Source: a bacterium
GTDB taxonomy: Bacteria > Zhuqueibacterota > Zhuqueibacteria > Residuimicrobiales > Krinioviventaceae
Reading direction: 5' to 3'
Assembly: GCA_963675755.2 (NCBI GenBank)
Contig: CAXXMD010000003.1
Coordinates: forward strand, 2,176,001-2,240,000
Length of the DNA: 64,000 nucleotides
Shown here: positions 10,072 to 19,587 of the stretch, one piece after another
Numbering within the stretch: position 1 is the stretch's first letter
How the letters are laid out: every line of letters starts with the position of its first letter
Notes under the pieces: generated by a model
Told to the model about the DNA's origin: nothing
The model's database searches: none
What the model saw: the letters and a program-made list of their open reading frames with translations, nothing else
Translations under genes and position numbers: made by a program

Positions 10072-11048
10072 TGGCTAGAAAAACGATGGTACAGGCCATT
10101 AATGAGGCCATTTCTTTGAAAATGCAGGATGACAGTACTGTTGTTGTGATGGGGGAAGATGTAGGTGTGGATGGTGGTGTCTTTCGTGCAACCGATGGTC
10201 TGTTTGAAGCCTTTGGTGCTGAAAGAGTGATCGATATGCCCCTTGCAGAATCTTCGATTATGGGATCAGCAATAGGTATGGCAATTAATGGATTAAAACC
10301 GCTGGTTGAAATTCAGTTTATGGGATTTTTATACCAGGGATTTGATCAATTACTAAACAATGCCGCAAGATGGAGACACCGCACACTGGGACAGGTGGGG
10401 CTACCCATGGTCGTAAGAATGCCATATGGTGCGGGTGTACGCGCTGTTGAGCATCATTCTGAAAGCACAGAGGCTATTATAGCACATGTTCCCGGTCTCA
10501 AAGTAATTGCACCATCGAATCCTGCGGATGCAAAAGGTTTGCTGATTTCTGCGATTGAAGATCCAGATCCGGTAGTATTTCTTGAACCAAAACGATTATA
10601 TAGAATTAAAAAAGAAGAAGTTCCTGAAGATTTGTACAGGATACCCATAGGAAAAGCCAATGTTGTAAATGATGGCACGGATATAACACTTGTTGCATGG
10701 GGTGGAATGGTGCCGGTTTGTCTGGATGCGGCAAAACATGCGGAAAATCAGGGTATTAGCACAGAGGTACTGGATTTACGTACCGTTTCTCCTTTTGATT
10801 TGGAAGCCATCATAAAATCAGTTGAAAAAACAGGTCGTCTTGTTATTGTGCATGAAGCTCCCAGATCTTTTGGTGTTGGCGCAGAAATAGCGGCTCTGGT
10901 TGGTGAAAGATGTTTGCTTCATTTGCTTGCCCCCATCAAGCGCGTAACAAGTTATGATATTGTACCACCGTTGTTGAAACTGGAAAATTACAACTATCCC
11001 AATGCTGAACGTGTGGTTAGAGCCATTCAACAAACTATGGAGTTTTAA
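10071..11048 (+). CDS. pdhB: 2-oxoacid dehydrogenase E1 beta subunit
   Basis: GEDVGVDGGVFRAT, EIQFMGF, EHHSES, DPVVFLEPK. Confidence 0.9.
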   Translation: MARKTMVQAINEAISLKMQDDSTVVVMGEDVGVDGGVFRATDGLFEAFGAERVIDMPLAESSIMGSAIGMAINGLKPLVEIQFMGFLYQGFDQLLNNAARWRHRTLGQVGLPMVVRMPYGAGVRAVEHHSESTEAIIAHVPGLKVIAPSNPADAKGLLISAIEDPDPVVFLEPKRLYRIKKEEVPEDLYRIPIGKANVVNDGTDITLVAWGGMVPVCLDAAKHAENQGISTEVLDLRTVSPFDLEAIIKSVEKTGRLVIVHEAPRSFGVGAEIAALVGERCLLHLLAPIKRVTSYDIVPPLLKLENYNYPNAERVVRAIQQTMEF

Positions 11049-11050
11049 CC

Positions 11051-12289
11051 ATGAGATATGTGTTTCATTTGCCCGATGTTGGAGAAGGTATTCATGAGGC
11101 AGAGCTTGTAGAATATACGGTTCAGGTTGGAGACCAGGTTAAAGTTGATGCAGACGTTTTAAGCATTGAAACGGACAAGGCGGTTGTGTCTTTACCCAGT
11201 CCTGTTGTGGGTAAAGTGGTAGAACTGCCGTTTAATCCCGGTGATGTGATTACAGTTGGAGATCCCATTATTGTTTTCGACATTCAGGGAAAAGAACTGC
11301 CTGTTGAAAAAGAAGAAATTAAAGAAAATGTTCCTGAACCCGCAAAAAAGCCAGTCATTGCCCCACCTCAGGACCGCCGAGTGTTGGCAACACCCCATAC
11401 GCGACAGTATGCCAGAGAATTGGGTGTTGATATTGAATCGATGGTAGGTACGGGTAAATATGGGCGGGTAACCGATGAAGATGTGAAAAAGGCGGTTAAG
11501 CGAAAAAGTCAGGAAGCATCTCCCATTCCCAAGACTACCGATGTTATCAAAGATGGCCCTTTATACTCGGTGGATTTTGATAATTATGGCCCGACCCGCA
11601 GGTTACCGCTCAAAGGTGTGCGAAAACGTATTGCTGAAGCCATGGTAAGATCTTATTCCACTATACCGCATGTCAGTCAGGCGGATGAAGTGGATGTTAC
11701 GGAACTGCTGCTGGTTTTGAAAAAGCAAAAAGAGTTTATGGAAGAGCAAGGTGTTCGGGTCACCATGACGAGCTTTATTGCCAAGGCAGTGATATCAGCA
11801 TTGCAGGCATACCCCGAAGTGAATTGTTCTCTGGATGAGGAAAAGGGAGATATAGTCTATAAAGATTACTATCATCTCGGCATTGCGGCAGATACCGACC
11901 ATGGACTGATGGTACCGGTAATACGTGATGCAGACAAGATGAGTATTTTGCAAATTGCTGAAAAGATCCATGAACTGGCAAAAAAGGCCAGGGAACGCAG
12001 AATAGATCTTGAAGAGTTGCGCGGTGGTACGTTTACCATTACCAATATTGGTGCGTTAGGCGGAATTCATGCAACGCCTATTATTCAGCATCCCCAGGTT
12101 GCAATTCTGGGTGTTATGCAGGCACGTAAAAAGCCGGTAGTGATCAATGATGAGGTGGTAATACGGGCAATGATGCCCTTGGTGGTTTCTTTTGATCATC
12201 GTTTGCTGGATGGAGCGGTAATGGCCCGTTTTCTTAATCATATTATTGCACGATTGGGCGATCCCATGCGCATGCTGATAGAAGCCTGA
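11051..12289 (+). CDS. Dihydrolipoamide acyltransferase E2 (single lipoyl domain)
   Basis: Lipoyl motif IETDKA, E3-binding GTGKYGRVT, catalytic SFDHRLLDG. Confidence 0.93.
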   Translation: MRYVFHLPDVGEGIHEAELVEYTVQVGDQVKVDADVLSIETDKAVVSLPSPVVGKVVELPFNPGDVITVGDPIIVFDIQGKELPVEKEEIKENVPEPAKKPVIAPPQDRRVLATPHTRQYARELGVDIESMVGTGKYGRVTDEDVKKAVKRKSQEASPIPKTTDVIKDGPLYSVDFDNYGPTRRLPLKGVRKRIAEAMVRSYSTIPHVSQADEVDVTELLLVLKKQKEFMEEQGVRVTMTSFIAKAVISALQAYPEVNCSLDEEKGDIVYKDYYHLGIAADTDHGLMVPVIRDADKMSILQIAEKIHELAKKARERRIDLEELRGGTFTITNIGALGGIHATPIIQHPQVAILGVMQARKKPVVINDEVVIRAMMPLVVSFDHRLLDGAVMARFLNHIIARLGDPMRMLIEA

Positions 12290-12303
12290 CAGGAGGAATT
12301 GTA

Positions 12304-13710
12304 ATGGTTGTTGGAGATTTTACCCAGAATATTCAGACGGTTGTGATTGGTGCCGGACCCGGTGGGTATGTGGCTGCTATTAGAGCGGCTCAAACCGGCC
12401 AGGAAGTGGTTTTGATTGAAAAATTAAACATTGGTGGTGTATGTTTGAACTGGGGCTGTATTCCCTCCAAAGCCATGATAGAGGTTTCAGGATTAAAATA
12501 CGAGTTAAAGCATGCTGAAGAAATGGGTTTGCTGATTGGAGATGTGGCACTGGATATGAAAAAGCTGCATCACTGGAAAGATGGTATTGTTACCCGGTTG
12601 CGAAACGGAATTGGAACCCTGTTAGAGAAAAATGGTATAGAGCGTGTAGAAGGTACTGCCAAAATCGCTGATGATAAAACCATTATGGTGTCTTCAAAAT
12701 CGGGCTTGCAGCGTTTTGCGTTTGAAAATTTGATACTTGCGACCGGTTCCCGTCCGCGTGAATTATCAGGTATTCCTTTTGATGGCGAGTGGATCATTGA
12801 TTCGTCAGGAGCATTGGGTTTGGAAAATGTGCCTGATGAGCTGATCGTTGCCGGTGCCGGATCAGTAGGGCTTGAAATGGCGCTTATTTATTCCAAGCTG
12901 GGTTCGAATGTAACCATTGTAGAAGCGCAGGACGCATTATTACCAAATTATGAACCCGAGTTGATACGGGTTTTGAAAAAGTCATTAAAGGTTCATAATA
13001 TTAAACTCATGCTGGGTGCACAAATTGAATCCGTTAAAGAAGGGCAAGTTGTTGTTCAACAAAAGGGAACAGAAACGCTTAAAGCGGATAAGGTACTGGT
13101 AGCCATTGGACGTAAACCGAATAGTAATGATTTGGGACTTGAGCATCTTGGAATAGACTTGGATGAGCAGGGTTTTGTGCAAGTGAATTCGAAAATGCAG
13201 ACATCCAATGAGAATGTGTATGCAATTGGAGATCTTGTAAAGGGACCAATGCTGGCGCACCGGGCCTCACATATGGGTAAAGTTGCCGCTGAAGTGATTT
13301 CCGGAAAAAAGTCAGCGTTTGATAACCTTGCTATTCCCGGTGTTATTTTTACAGATCCTGAAATTGCCACTGTCGGTATGACTGAAGCTCAGGCTAAAGA
13401 ACAGGGTATTGATGTTAAAACCGGAGTGTTTCCGTTCAAAGCATTAGGACGTGCAATGACAATGGGTAACACGGAAGGTTTAACTAAAATAGTATCTGAT
13501 GCTGAAACCGGTACGGTGTTGGGTGTACATATAATTGGACCCCATGCGTCTGATTTGATTGCAGAGGGTGCTTTGGCTGTAGAATCCGCATTGCATGTAG
13601 AGGATCTTTCATTAACCATTCACGCGCATCCCACTTTGCCGGAAGGTTTGGGAGAGGCAGCTGAAGATATTGACCGCAAGGCTATTCATATTTTTTCCCC
13701 GGGAAAATAA
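12304..13710 (+). CDS. lpdA: Dihydrolipoyl dehydrogenase E3
   Basis: GAGPGGYVAAIRAAQ, redox GGVCLNWGCIPSK, HAHPTLPE. Confidence 0.96.
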   Translation: MVVGDFTQNIQTVVIGAGPGGYVAAIRAAQTGQEVVLIEKLNIGGVCLNWGCIPSKAMIEVSGLKYELKHAEEMGLLIGDVALDMKKLHHWKDGIVTRLRNGIGTLLEKNGIERVEGTAKIADDKTIMVSSKSGLQRFAFENLILATGSRPRELSGIPFDGEWIIDSSGALGLENVPDELIVAGAGSVGLEMALIYSKLGSNVTIVEAQDALLPNYEPELIRVLKKSLKVHNIKLMLGAQIESVKEGQVVVQQKGTETLKADKVLVAIGRKPNSNDLGLEHLGIDLDEQGFVQVNSKMQTSNENVYAIGDLVKGPMLAHRASHMGKVAAEVISGKKSAFDNLAIPGVIFTDPEIATVGMTEAQAKEQGIDVKTGVFPFKALGRAMTMGNTEGLTKIVSDAETGTVLGVHIIGPHASDLIAEGALAVESALHVEDLSLTIHAHPTLPEGLGEAAEDIDRKAIHIFSPGK

Positions 13711-13864
13711 TATTACTATCTATATTTTATGTAATATGTTTTCTGTTAAAAATCATTTTAATAAATCGTTTGGCAAAGATGAAATTATTTGTTATCTTTT
13801 CGACCGAGTTATTTAGGTTTGAATGAAAGAATTTTAATAAAATGATTAATTGTTTGTTAAAAAA

Positions 13865-13890
13865 TGAAACTATTATATTTTTTTGCGTAT
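13865..13890 (+). promoter_or_regulatory. Putative ECF-sigma promoter of the MCE operon
   Basis: TGAAAC-N15-CGTAT; similar to the B. subtilis SigW consensus TGAAAC-N16-CGTA. Confidence 0.4.
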
Positions 13891-13931
13891 AAGTGTATGC
13901 TGTGATGTAGGAAAATATTTTTTTGATTATT

Positions 13932-13962
13932 ATACATACATGCTTGAATGTATAGTATGTAT
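13932..13962. promoter_or_regulatory. Putative TetR/AcrR-type operator
   Basis: ATACAT-gcttga-ATGTAT inverted repeat (13936-13953) within TACATACATGCTTGAATGTAT; a second ATACATAC/GTATGTAT pairing spans 13932-13962. Confidence 0.35.
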
Positions 13963-14031
13963 GTGATGTTTAAATAGATCCCTGAATACAGAGGCTGGTA
14001 TTACTGACCTTGCATATTGAACAGAGCTTTT

Positions 14032-15087
14032 ATGAAATATAGACTGTCTTTTCTTTTATTATCTTTAACCACCATGCTTTTTGCAAATGAAAGTGAATAT
14101 TATTTTTATCATGGTCTCGATTACGGTAGTGAAAGTATTATTCATCCTGTGCGGTTGATCTTGAATGGCGGCTATGGTATCATGCAGGCTGACAACCGTC
14201 CCAATTATCCATTTGACATCCATTATCAAAAAAGCTGGAATAACGTGGCTGACAATCTAAAATCCCCTATTAAAGCAATTGAAGAGTATGGTTGGGATCG
14301 TTTTTTTAAAACCGAAATTTTACCTTTCAGTATAGATAATTCGGAAGCATATTATTGGCCCAATTATACCATGCACCTTGTGGGTGGCGGGATGTCGTTT
14401 CGGATGATGGAAGAGTGGTTCAGGTACAACAATTTCAAGTTTCCCAAGCTGCATGCTTTTACAACTTTATCCATTTACCACTTGTTGAACGAAGTGGTAG
14501 AAAATGGAGATTATGTGGGTTATAATGTTGATCCTGTTGTTGATGTCTATATCTTTAATCCCCTGGGCATGATTTTGTTCAGTTCAGACAGGGTTGCATC
14601 CTTTTTTAGTCATACACTGAACATGGCTGACTGGTCGTATCAGATTGCATATAATCCTAATGATCGTTCAATATTGAACAATGGCCAAAATTTTGCATTA
14701 AAATATAAATTCAATGATAAAGTAGGGTTGTTTTATTATTATGGAAATCATGGCGAGCTGGGATTTTCCTTTTTTCAGCCGGATGGGGATTGTTACTCGT
14801 TTGGAGCGGGGCTTGCTTCAAAATCATTGGCAGAATTTGATAGTGATGTGAGGACTTTAAAGGCGAACCTTATTCTTTCATGGGGTGTCTTTTGGGACAG
14901 AAATAATTCGCTTTTGGCTTCATTTTTGTATTCAAAATCTCATGATTATAAATACAGGCTAAATGTATACCCGGGTGTTTTGCGTTTTAGTGGATTTTCG
15001 CCCGGTTTTTTTACGAGCGTAAATCATCAGGACAAGTTTATATTTGGATTAAATTTAAGAATACTCCCTTTTGGATTAGGTGGTTAA
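14032..15087 (+). CDS. Exported hypothetical protein, probable outer-membrane protein, first gene of the MCE operon
   Basis: Signal peptide MKYRLSFLLLSLTTMLFA; aromatic/Gly-rich alternating strands in the C-terminal half; overlaps the mlaE start. ATG 14032 preferred over TTG 14017. Confidence 0.7.
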   Translation: MKYRLSFLLLSLTTMLFANESEYYFYHGLDYGSESIIHPVRLILNGGYGIMQADNRPNYPFDIHYQKSWNNVADNLKSPIKAIEEYGWDRFFKTEILPFSIDNSEAYYWPNYTMHLVGGGMSFRMMEEWFRYNNFKFPKLHAFTTLSIYHLLNEVVENGDYVGYNVDPVVDVYIFNPLGMILFSSDRVASFFSHTLNMADWSYQIAYNPNDRSILNNGQNFALKYKFNDKVGLFYYYGNHGELGFSFFQPDGDCYSFGAGLASKSLAEFDSDVRTLKANLILSWGVFWDRNNSLLASFLYSKSHDYKYRLNVYPGVLRFSGFSPGFFTSVNHQDKFIFGLNLRILPFGLGG

Positions 15088-15877
15088 TTTGGAAATACGA
15101 AACGACAACTTTTTTGTAAAACTTGGTGAAAAGACCATTCATTTTTTTGAGAATGTTGACCAGATTGTGAGGTTAATTTTCGAAACCATTAAAGCCATAC
15201 CCAAAGTATGGTTTTACCGGAAACAATTAATTGAACAGATTTACAACTTTTCTATCAAGACCCTGCCAATAGCCAGCGTAATAGCGGTTTTTGTAGGATT
15301 GGCCTCTACAGTGCAGGGCTCATATCAGGCATCGGGTTTGGTGCCCAGGTATTTTACCATTAATGTTATTTTTAAAAGCACAATAATCGAGCTGTCGCCC
15401 ATTATTCTTTCACTGGTTCTTGCAGGTAAGATTGGAGCATCCATTGCCGCAGAGATTGGAAGTATGAAGATTTCGGAGCAAATTGACGCGCTGGAAACCT
15501 TGTCTTTTGAGCCGGTTGCATTTCTGGTTCTGCCGCGTGTTATTGCCGCATTGTTAATGCTTCCGGTGATTGTTGTGTTTGCTAATTTTGTTGCAATTTT
15601 AAGCTCTTTTTTGGGCTCTTGCGTTCTCTCCAGTTGGATACCTGTAAACGAGTTTGTTAGTGGTTTAAAATTAAAATTTAAACCCTTTGAAATTTTATAT
15701 GGCAGTGTTTACAAACCCATGGTATTTGGGTTTATTGTTTCAGTAATTGGCAGCCATTTTGGTTTAAACACCAAGGGAGGTGCTACAGGTGTGGGCAAGT
15801 CTGTAACCAATGCGGTGGTGATTTCTTCGATATTGATTGTAATTTTTGATTATTACATGGCGGAATTGTTTTTATGA
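15080..15877 (+). CDS. mlaE: MlaE family ABC permease
   Basis: ELSPII..LVLAGKIGASIAAEIGSMKISEQIDALE; GGATGVGKSVTNAVV. Confidence 0.93.
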   Translation: MVNLEIRNDNFFVKLGEKTIHFFENVDQIVRLIFETIKAIPKVWFYRKQLIEQIYNFSIKTLPIASVIAVFVGLASTVQGSYQASGLVPRYFTINVIFKSTIIELSPIILSLVLAGKIGASIAAEIGSMKISEQIDALETLSFEPVAFLVLPRVIAALLMLPVIVVFANFVAILSSFLGSCVLSSWIPVNEFVSGLKLKFKPFEILYGSVYKPMVFGFIVSVIGSHFGLNTKGGATGVGKSVTNAVVISSILIVIFDYYMAELFL

Positions 15878-16602
15878 TACATTTACAAAGTTTGGCAAAA
15901 GCGTTTAATGGCAAGCATATTCTCAGGGATATTAACCTGGATATTTATGATAATGAAACCATGGTGATATTGGGTTCGAGTGGTCAGGGGAAAACCGTAT
16001 TGATCAAAGCAATGAATAGGCTAATAGAACCGGATAGTGGTAAAATAGTTTATGATGATACAGATATTACCAAATTAAATAAAAAAACGTATAACGAGTT
16101 TAGAAAACAGATAGGTTTTGTGTTTCAAAACAGTGCGTTGTTTGATTTTCTGACTGTTAAGGAAAACCTGAGTTTGTTTCTGTCAATGCATATGCGCATG
16201 AAATATAGAGAAATGAATGAGAGAATTGATGGTGCGCTTTCTTTTGTTGGCCTGACTCGTGATATTTTGAATAAATATCCTGAAGAGCTGAGCGGTGGAA
16301 TGCGTAAACGTGTGGCTATTGCACGCACTATGATTATACGGCCCAAATATATTTTTTATGACGAGCCTACAACAGGGCTGGACAAGATCAATTCAGAAAA
16401 AGTGAGTGAATTGATCAATATGTTGAAAACAGAAATTAATGCTACATCCATAATTGTTACACACGATATTGAATTGACCCGTGCTGTTGCTGATCGGGTG
16501 GCGCTGCTCAAGCATGGCGAGTTTACATTTGTCGGTACTATCGATCAAATTTCTCCCGACGATTTGGAAAATGTTTATAACGGAGTGGAAAATGAATTAT
16601 AA
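15874..16602 (+). CDS. mlaF: MlaF/Mkl family ABC ATPase
   Basis: Walker A GSSGQGKT, LSGGMRKRVAIAR, YDEPTTGLD, VTHD. Confidence 0.93.
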   Translation: MIHLQSLAKAFNGKHILRDINLDIYDNETMVILGSSGQGKTVLIKAMNRLIEPDSGKIVYDDTDITKLNKKTYNEFRKQIGFVFQNSALFDFLTVKENLSLFLSMHMRMKYREMNERIDGALSFVGLTRDILNKYPEELSGGMRKRVAIARTMIIRPKYIFYDEPTTGLDKINSEKVSELINMLKTEINATSIIVTHDIELTRAVADRVALLKHGEFTFVGTIDQISPDDLENVYNGVENEL

Positions 16603-17449
16603 AAAAATGAGTTTTATCTCGGGTATTGTGATTTTTACCAGTTTTATTATTGTGTTAATGTCAATTGTTACATTGGCAGAAAAACGCATCTTTTTTACCC
16701 GTGATTATGTGGTATATGTAAAATTTTCTGATATTAATGGATTACAGGACCATGCCAAAGTTTATATGCGTGGATACAGAATTGGCTGGACTAAGGGTAT
16801 TCAATTTGAAGATGATGGTGTTGTCGTTAAGGTAGATATTAATAAAAAATTCAGTGTTCCCATTGATTCAAAATTTGAATTAAACACAGTATCCATTCTG
16901 GGTGAAAAAGCCATTACTATTTTACCCGGAAAATCAAACGAGTATTATAAGCAGGGCGATACCACAACCGGTGAAAATAAAGATCTAATGGTTCAAGTAA
17001 AAGACATGGTTGGCGAAGTACAAGGGTACCTGGCACAAAGTGAGTTGAATACCAAATTGACCAAAGTTTCTGAAACTCTTGATTATCTTCACTCTACTCT
17101 TGCCAATGTGGATGCACAGTCCGCTAAACTGAATATGGATAGCTATAATCAACAGATTGAACGTGTGGGACTTGCTGCCAAACGTGTGGATGATCTGGTT
17201 AACAGCAATCAGGACAGTATAAAAGCTACAATTGATAAAACCAATCTTGCTTTAAACAATATCGTTCCCATGGTGGATGATATTAAACAGATTGCAGACA
17301 AGATCAATAATAACCAGGGCTCGGTTGGTGAACTGGTGAATAATAAAGAAACGATTATTAAACTCAATAGTACCATTGCCAGTTTGGATTCTCTGATTCA
17401 GGATTTACGTCAATCCCCTGGTAAATATGTTAATGTATCGGTATTTTAA
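16592..17449 (+). CDS. mlaD: MlaD/MCE family protein with long helical C-terminus
   Basis: N-terminal TM, FSDINGL..HAKVYMRGYRIG, SILGEKAITILPG, GSVGELVN, PGKYVNVSVF. ATG at 16592 after GGAG preferred over the ORF-track start 16481. Confidence 0.88.
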   Translation: MNYKKMSFISGIVIFTSFIIVLMSIVTLAEKRIFFTRDYVVYVKFSDINGLQDHAKVYMRGYRIGWTKGIQFEDDGVVVKVDINKKFSVPIDSKFELNTVSILGEKAITILPGKSNEYYKQGDTTTGENKDLMVQVKDMVGEVQGYLAQSELNTKLTKVSETLDYLHSTLANVDAQSAKLNMDSYNQQIERVGLAAKRVDDLVNSNQDSIKATIDKTNLALNNIVPMVDDIKQIADKINNNQGSVGELVNNKETIIKLNSTIASLDSLIQDLRQSPGKYVNVSVF

Positions 17450-17562
17450 TATTTTTTGATTAATGTCTGGAGTATTTTAATACGAATTGTTATTTTGTTC
17501 AATAATGTGAATAATTAAAATTTTAGGGTGTTATTATTGAACAAAATTAACAGGAGTGTTCA

Positions 17563-17904
17563 ATGAAAAGAGTGATTTTAGCAGTATTGATTGTTTTTCT
17601 GGTAGTAATTGGAGCCATGGCAATTTTAATTACTTCAAACAAAGACAAGATTGTGAGCAAGGGATTGAATAAAATGTTCACTGAAATGGAAAATCAAATT
17701 ACTCCCAATTTACCACCGGACATTGATAAAGAGCAGGTGCACCTGGTATTTGAAAAAGCTATTGCCAAAGTACAATCCGGATATGTTCAACCCGAAAAGA
17801 TCCAGGGCATTGTTATGGTCTATAGAGAATGCGCAAAAGACAAGCAAATTGATGCTGATGAAGCCAAAAAGATTTTAAAACAGATAGAAAAATATCTGGA
17901 ATGA
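17563..17904 (+). CDS. Small membrane-anchored hypothetical protein
   Basis: AGGAG RBS; N-terminal TM helix followed by a helical domain. Confidence 0.7.
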   Translation: MKRVILAVLIVFLVVIGAMAILITSNKDKIVSKGLNKMFTEMENQITPNLPPDIDKEQVHLVFEKAIAKVQSGYVQPEKIQGIVMVYRECAKDKQIDADEAKKILKQIEKYLE

Positions 17905-19296
17905 TCAGAGCAGAGTATCTTTGATTTTCATCATGAATTCAAATGCAGCATCGTGTTCATTGGGGATATCGCCATTGAGTATGGCTTCTTCAATCGCTTT
18001 TTTCACTTTACCAACAGCGGGGCCTGGTGTTAAGCCCAGAGTTTTCATGATTTCATCGCCTTTGACCGGTGGCTGAAATTGACGCAGCCGGTCTTTTTCT
18101 TCAACTTCCAGAACACGCTCTACAACTTTATCAAAATTTTTCAGATATTTGGCCACGCGTTTGGGGTTGGATGAGGTTATATCCGCCCGGCAAAAGGTTA
18201 TAAGATCGTCTGTTTCTTCACCGGCTTCAAAGATCAATCTGCGGATTGCAGAATCGGTAACCCCTTCTTCTGCCAGTTGAATGGGGCGAAGGTGCAGTCG
18301 TGTCAGCTTTTCCACATATTTTAACAAATCATTAGACAGCTTGAGCCGGCTGAAAATAGGGGGCAGCATTCTGGCGCCCAGATCGTCATGACCGTGAAAG
18401 GTCCAGCCAATACCGGATTTATAATGCTTTGTCGCGGGTTTTGCAACGTCGTGAAACAAGCCTACCAACCGAAGTCCCATGTCATCTGTGATTTCTGCCA
18501 GATTATCGATTACTTTTAATGAATGATTAAATACGTCTTTATGGCTGTGCTTACCGATTTGGTCAACACCTTTTAAATCCGATATTTCAGGGAGAATTAC
18601 ATTCAGAATACCGGTTTTGTCCATCAAATGAAACCCAATTGAGGGTTTACTGCAGGCCATAATCTTGAGCAATTCATCAGTTATACGTTCCTGAGAAATG
18701 ATTTTTAACCGTTCATGCTCGTTTTTTAATCCTTTAAATGTATGCGGAGCTATATCGAAATCAAGTTGTGTGGCAAACCGGACTGCTCGCATAATACGGA
18801 GCGGATCATCATAAAAGGTTTTCGCGGGTTCAAGTGGTGTGCGAATGCATTTGGCCTGAATGTCTTTCTGCCCATCATAAGGATCAATGACAGTTCCATA
18901 TGAATCGGGGTTTAAAGAGACAGCAATTGCATTGACAGTAAAATCCCTGCGGGACAAGTCTGTCAGCAGGTCTGTGCTTTCCACGTAGGGTTTGCGTGAA
19001 TCATCGCGGTAGCTTTCTTTGCGGGCACCAACAAATTCAAGAATCAGATCATGATGTCTTACCATGGCGGTACCGAATTTTTTATAGATGGTAAAATCGG
19101 TTGTTCCCAGAGCTTTTGCCATATGCTCTGCAAAACGGGGACCGTCACCTTCTACTACAAAATCGATATCTTTGGATTCTATATTCAGAAAAAAATCTCT
19201 GACAAAACCGCCTACTACATATACCTTTATTCCGGTTTCCAGAGATACTTTTTGTATGGTTTCAAATATTGGGTTTTTCAGCTCTATTGTATTCAT
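17905..19296 (-). CDS. CCA tRNA nucleotidyltransferase with HD domain
   Basis: VGGFVRD..DIDFVV, DLSRRDFTVNA, DDPLRIMRAVRF, SQERI, HD motif LFHDVAKP. Confidence 0.92.
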   Translation of the reverse strand: MNTIELKNPIFETIQKVSLETGIKVYVVGGFVRDFFLNIESKDIDFVVEGDGPRFAEHMAKALGTTDFTIYKKFGTAMVRHHDLILEFVGARKESYRDDSRKPYVESTDLLTDLSRRDFTVNAIAVSLNPDSYGTVIDPYDGQKDIQAKCIRTPLEPAKTFYDDPLRIMRAVRFATQLDFDIAPHTFKGLKNEHERLKIISQERITDELLKIMACSKPSIGFHLMDKTGILNVILPEISDLKGVDQIGKHSHKDVFNHSLKVIDNLAEITDDMGLRLVGLFHDVAKPATKHYKSGIGWTFHGHDDLGARMLPPIFSRLKLSNDLLKYVEKLTRLHLRPIQLAEEGVTDSAIRRLIFEAGEETDDLITFCRADITSSNPKRVAKYLKNFDKVVERVLEVEEKDRLRQFQPPVKGDEIMKTLGLTPGPAVGKVKKAIEEAILNGDIPNEHDAAFEFMMKIKDTLL

Positions 19297-19431
19297 ACCT
19301 GTTATGTAAGTGTAAATTAACGGTTTAAATTTAATGAAATTCCATTAAAAAACCAACAGCTTTACTATGTAAATTAATCCTGAATTGTTACCAACATTTT
19401 AATATTAATTGTATGTTAAGATGATAATTTT

Positions 19432-19458
19432 TGAAACACACTGGCTCTCACTGCGTAT
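19432..19458 (+). promoter_or_regulatory. Putative ECF-sigma promoter of the RND efflux operon
   Basis: TGAAAC-N16-CGTAT, matching the SigW-type spacing. Confidence 0.45.
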
Positions 19459-19587
19459 GTTGGTAACTGATTAATTGTAAAAATATGTAATTAAGGTGAA
19501 ATAATACTTTTAATGTACCCGTTAATAAAACATACATATCTTTTTTACATTCCATTTGAAATTATAAATAAAGAGAAGGAGCTCGAA

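Noticed and set aside
16481-16591. ORF-track N-terminal extensions (also at 19513, 21980, 36293, 46192, 50748, 52373, 60480, 60632, 61830)
   Set aside because: Downstream ATGs have better RBSs and/or put the signal peptide, TM anchor or first domain at the N-terminus.
17899-17910. Abutting convergent stop codons forming TGATCA
   Set aside because: Ordinary compact convergent gene ends; no further signal.
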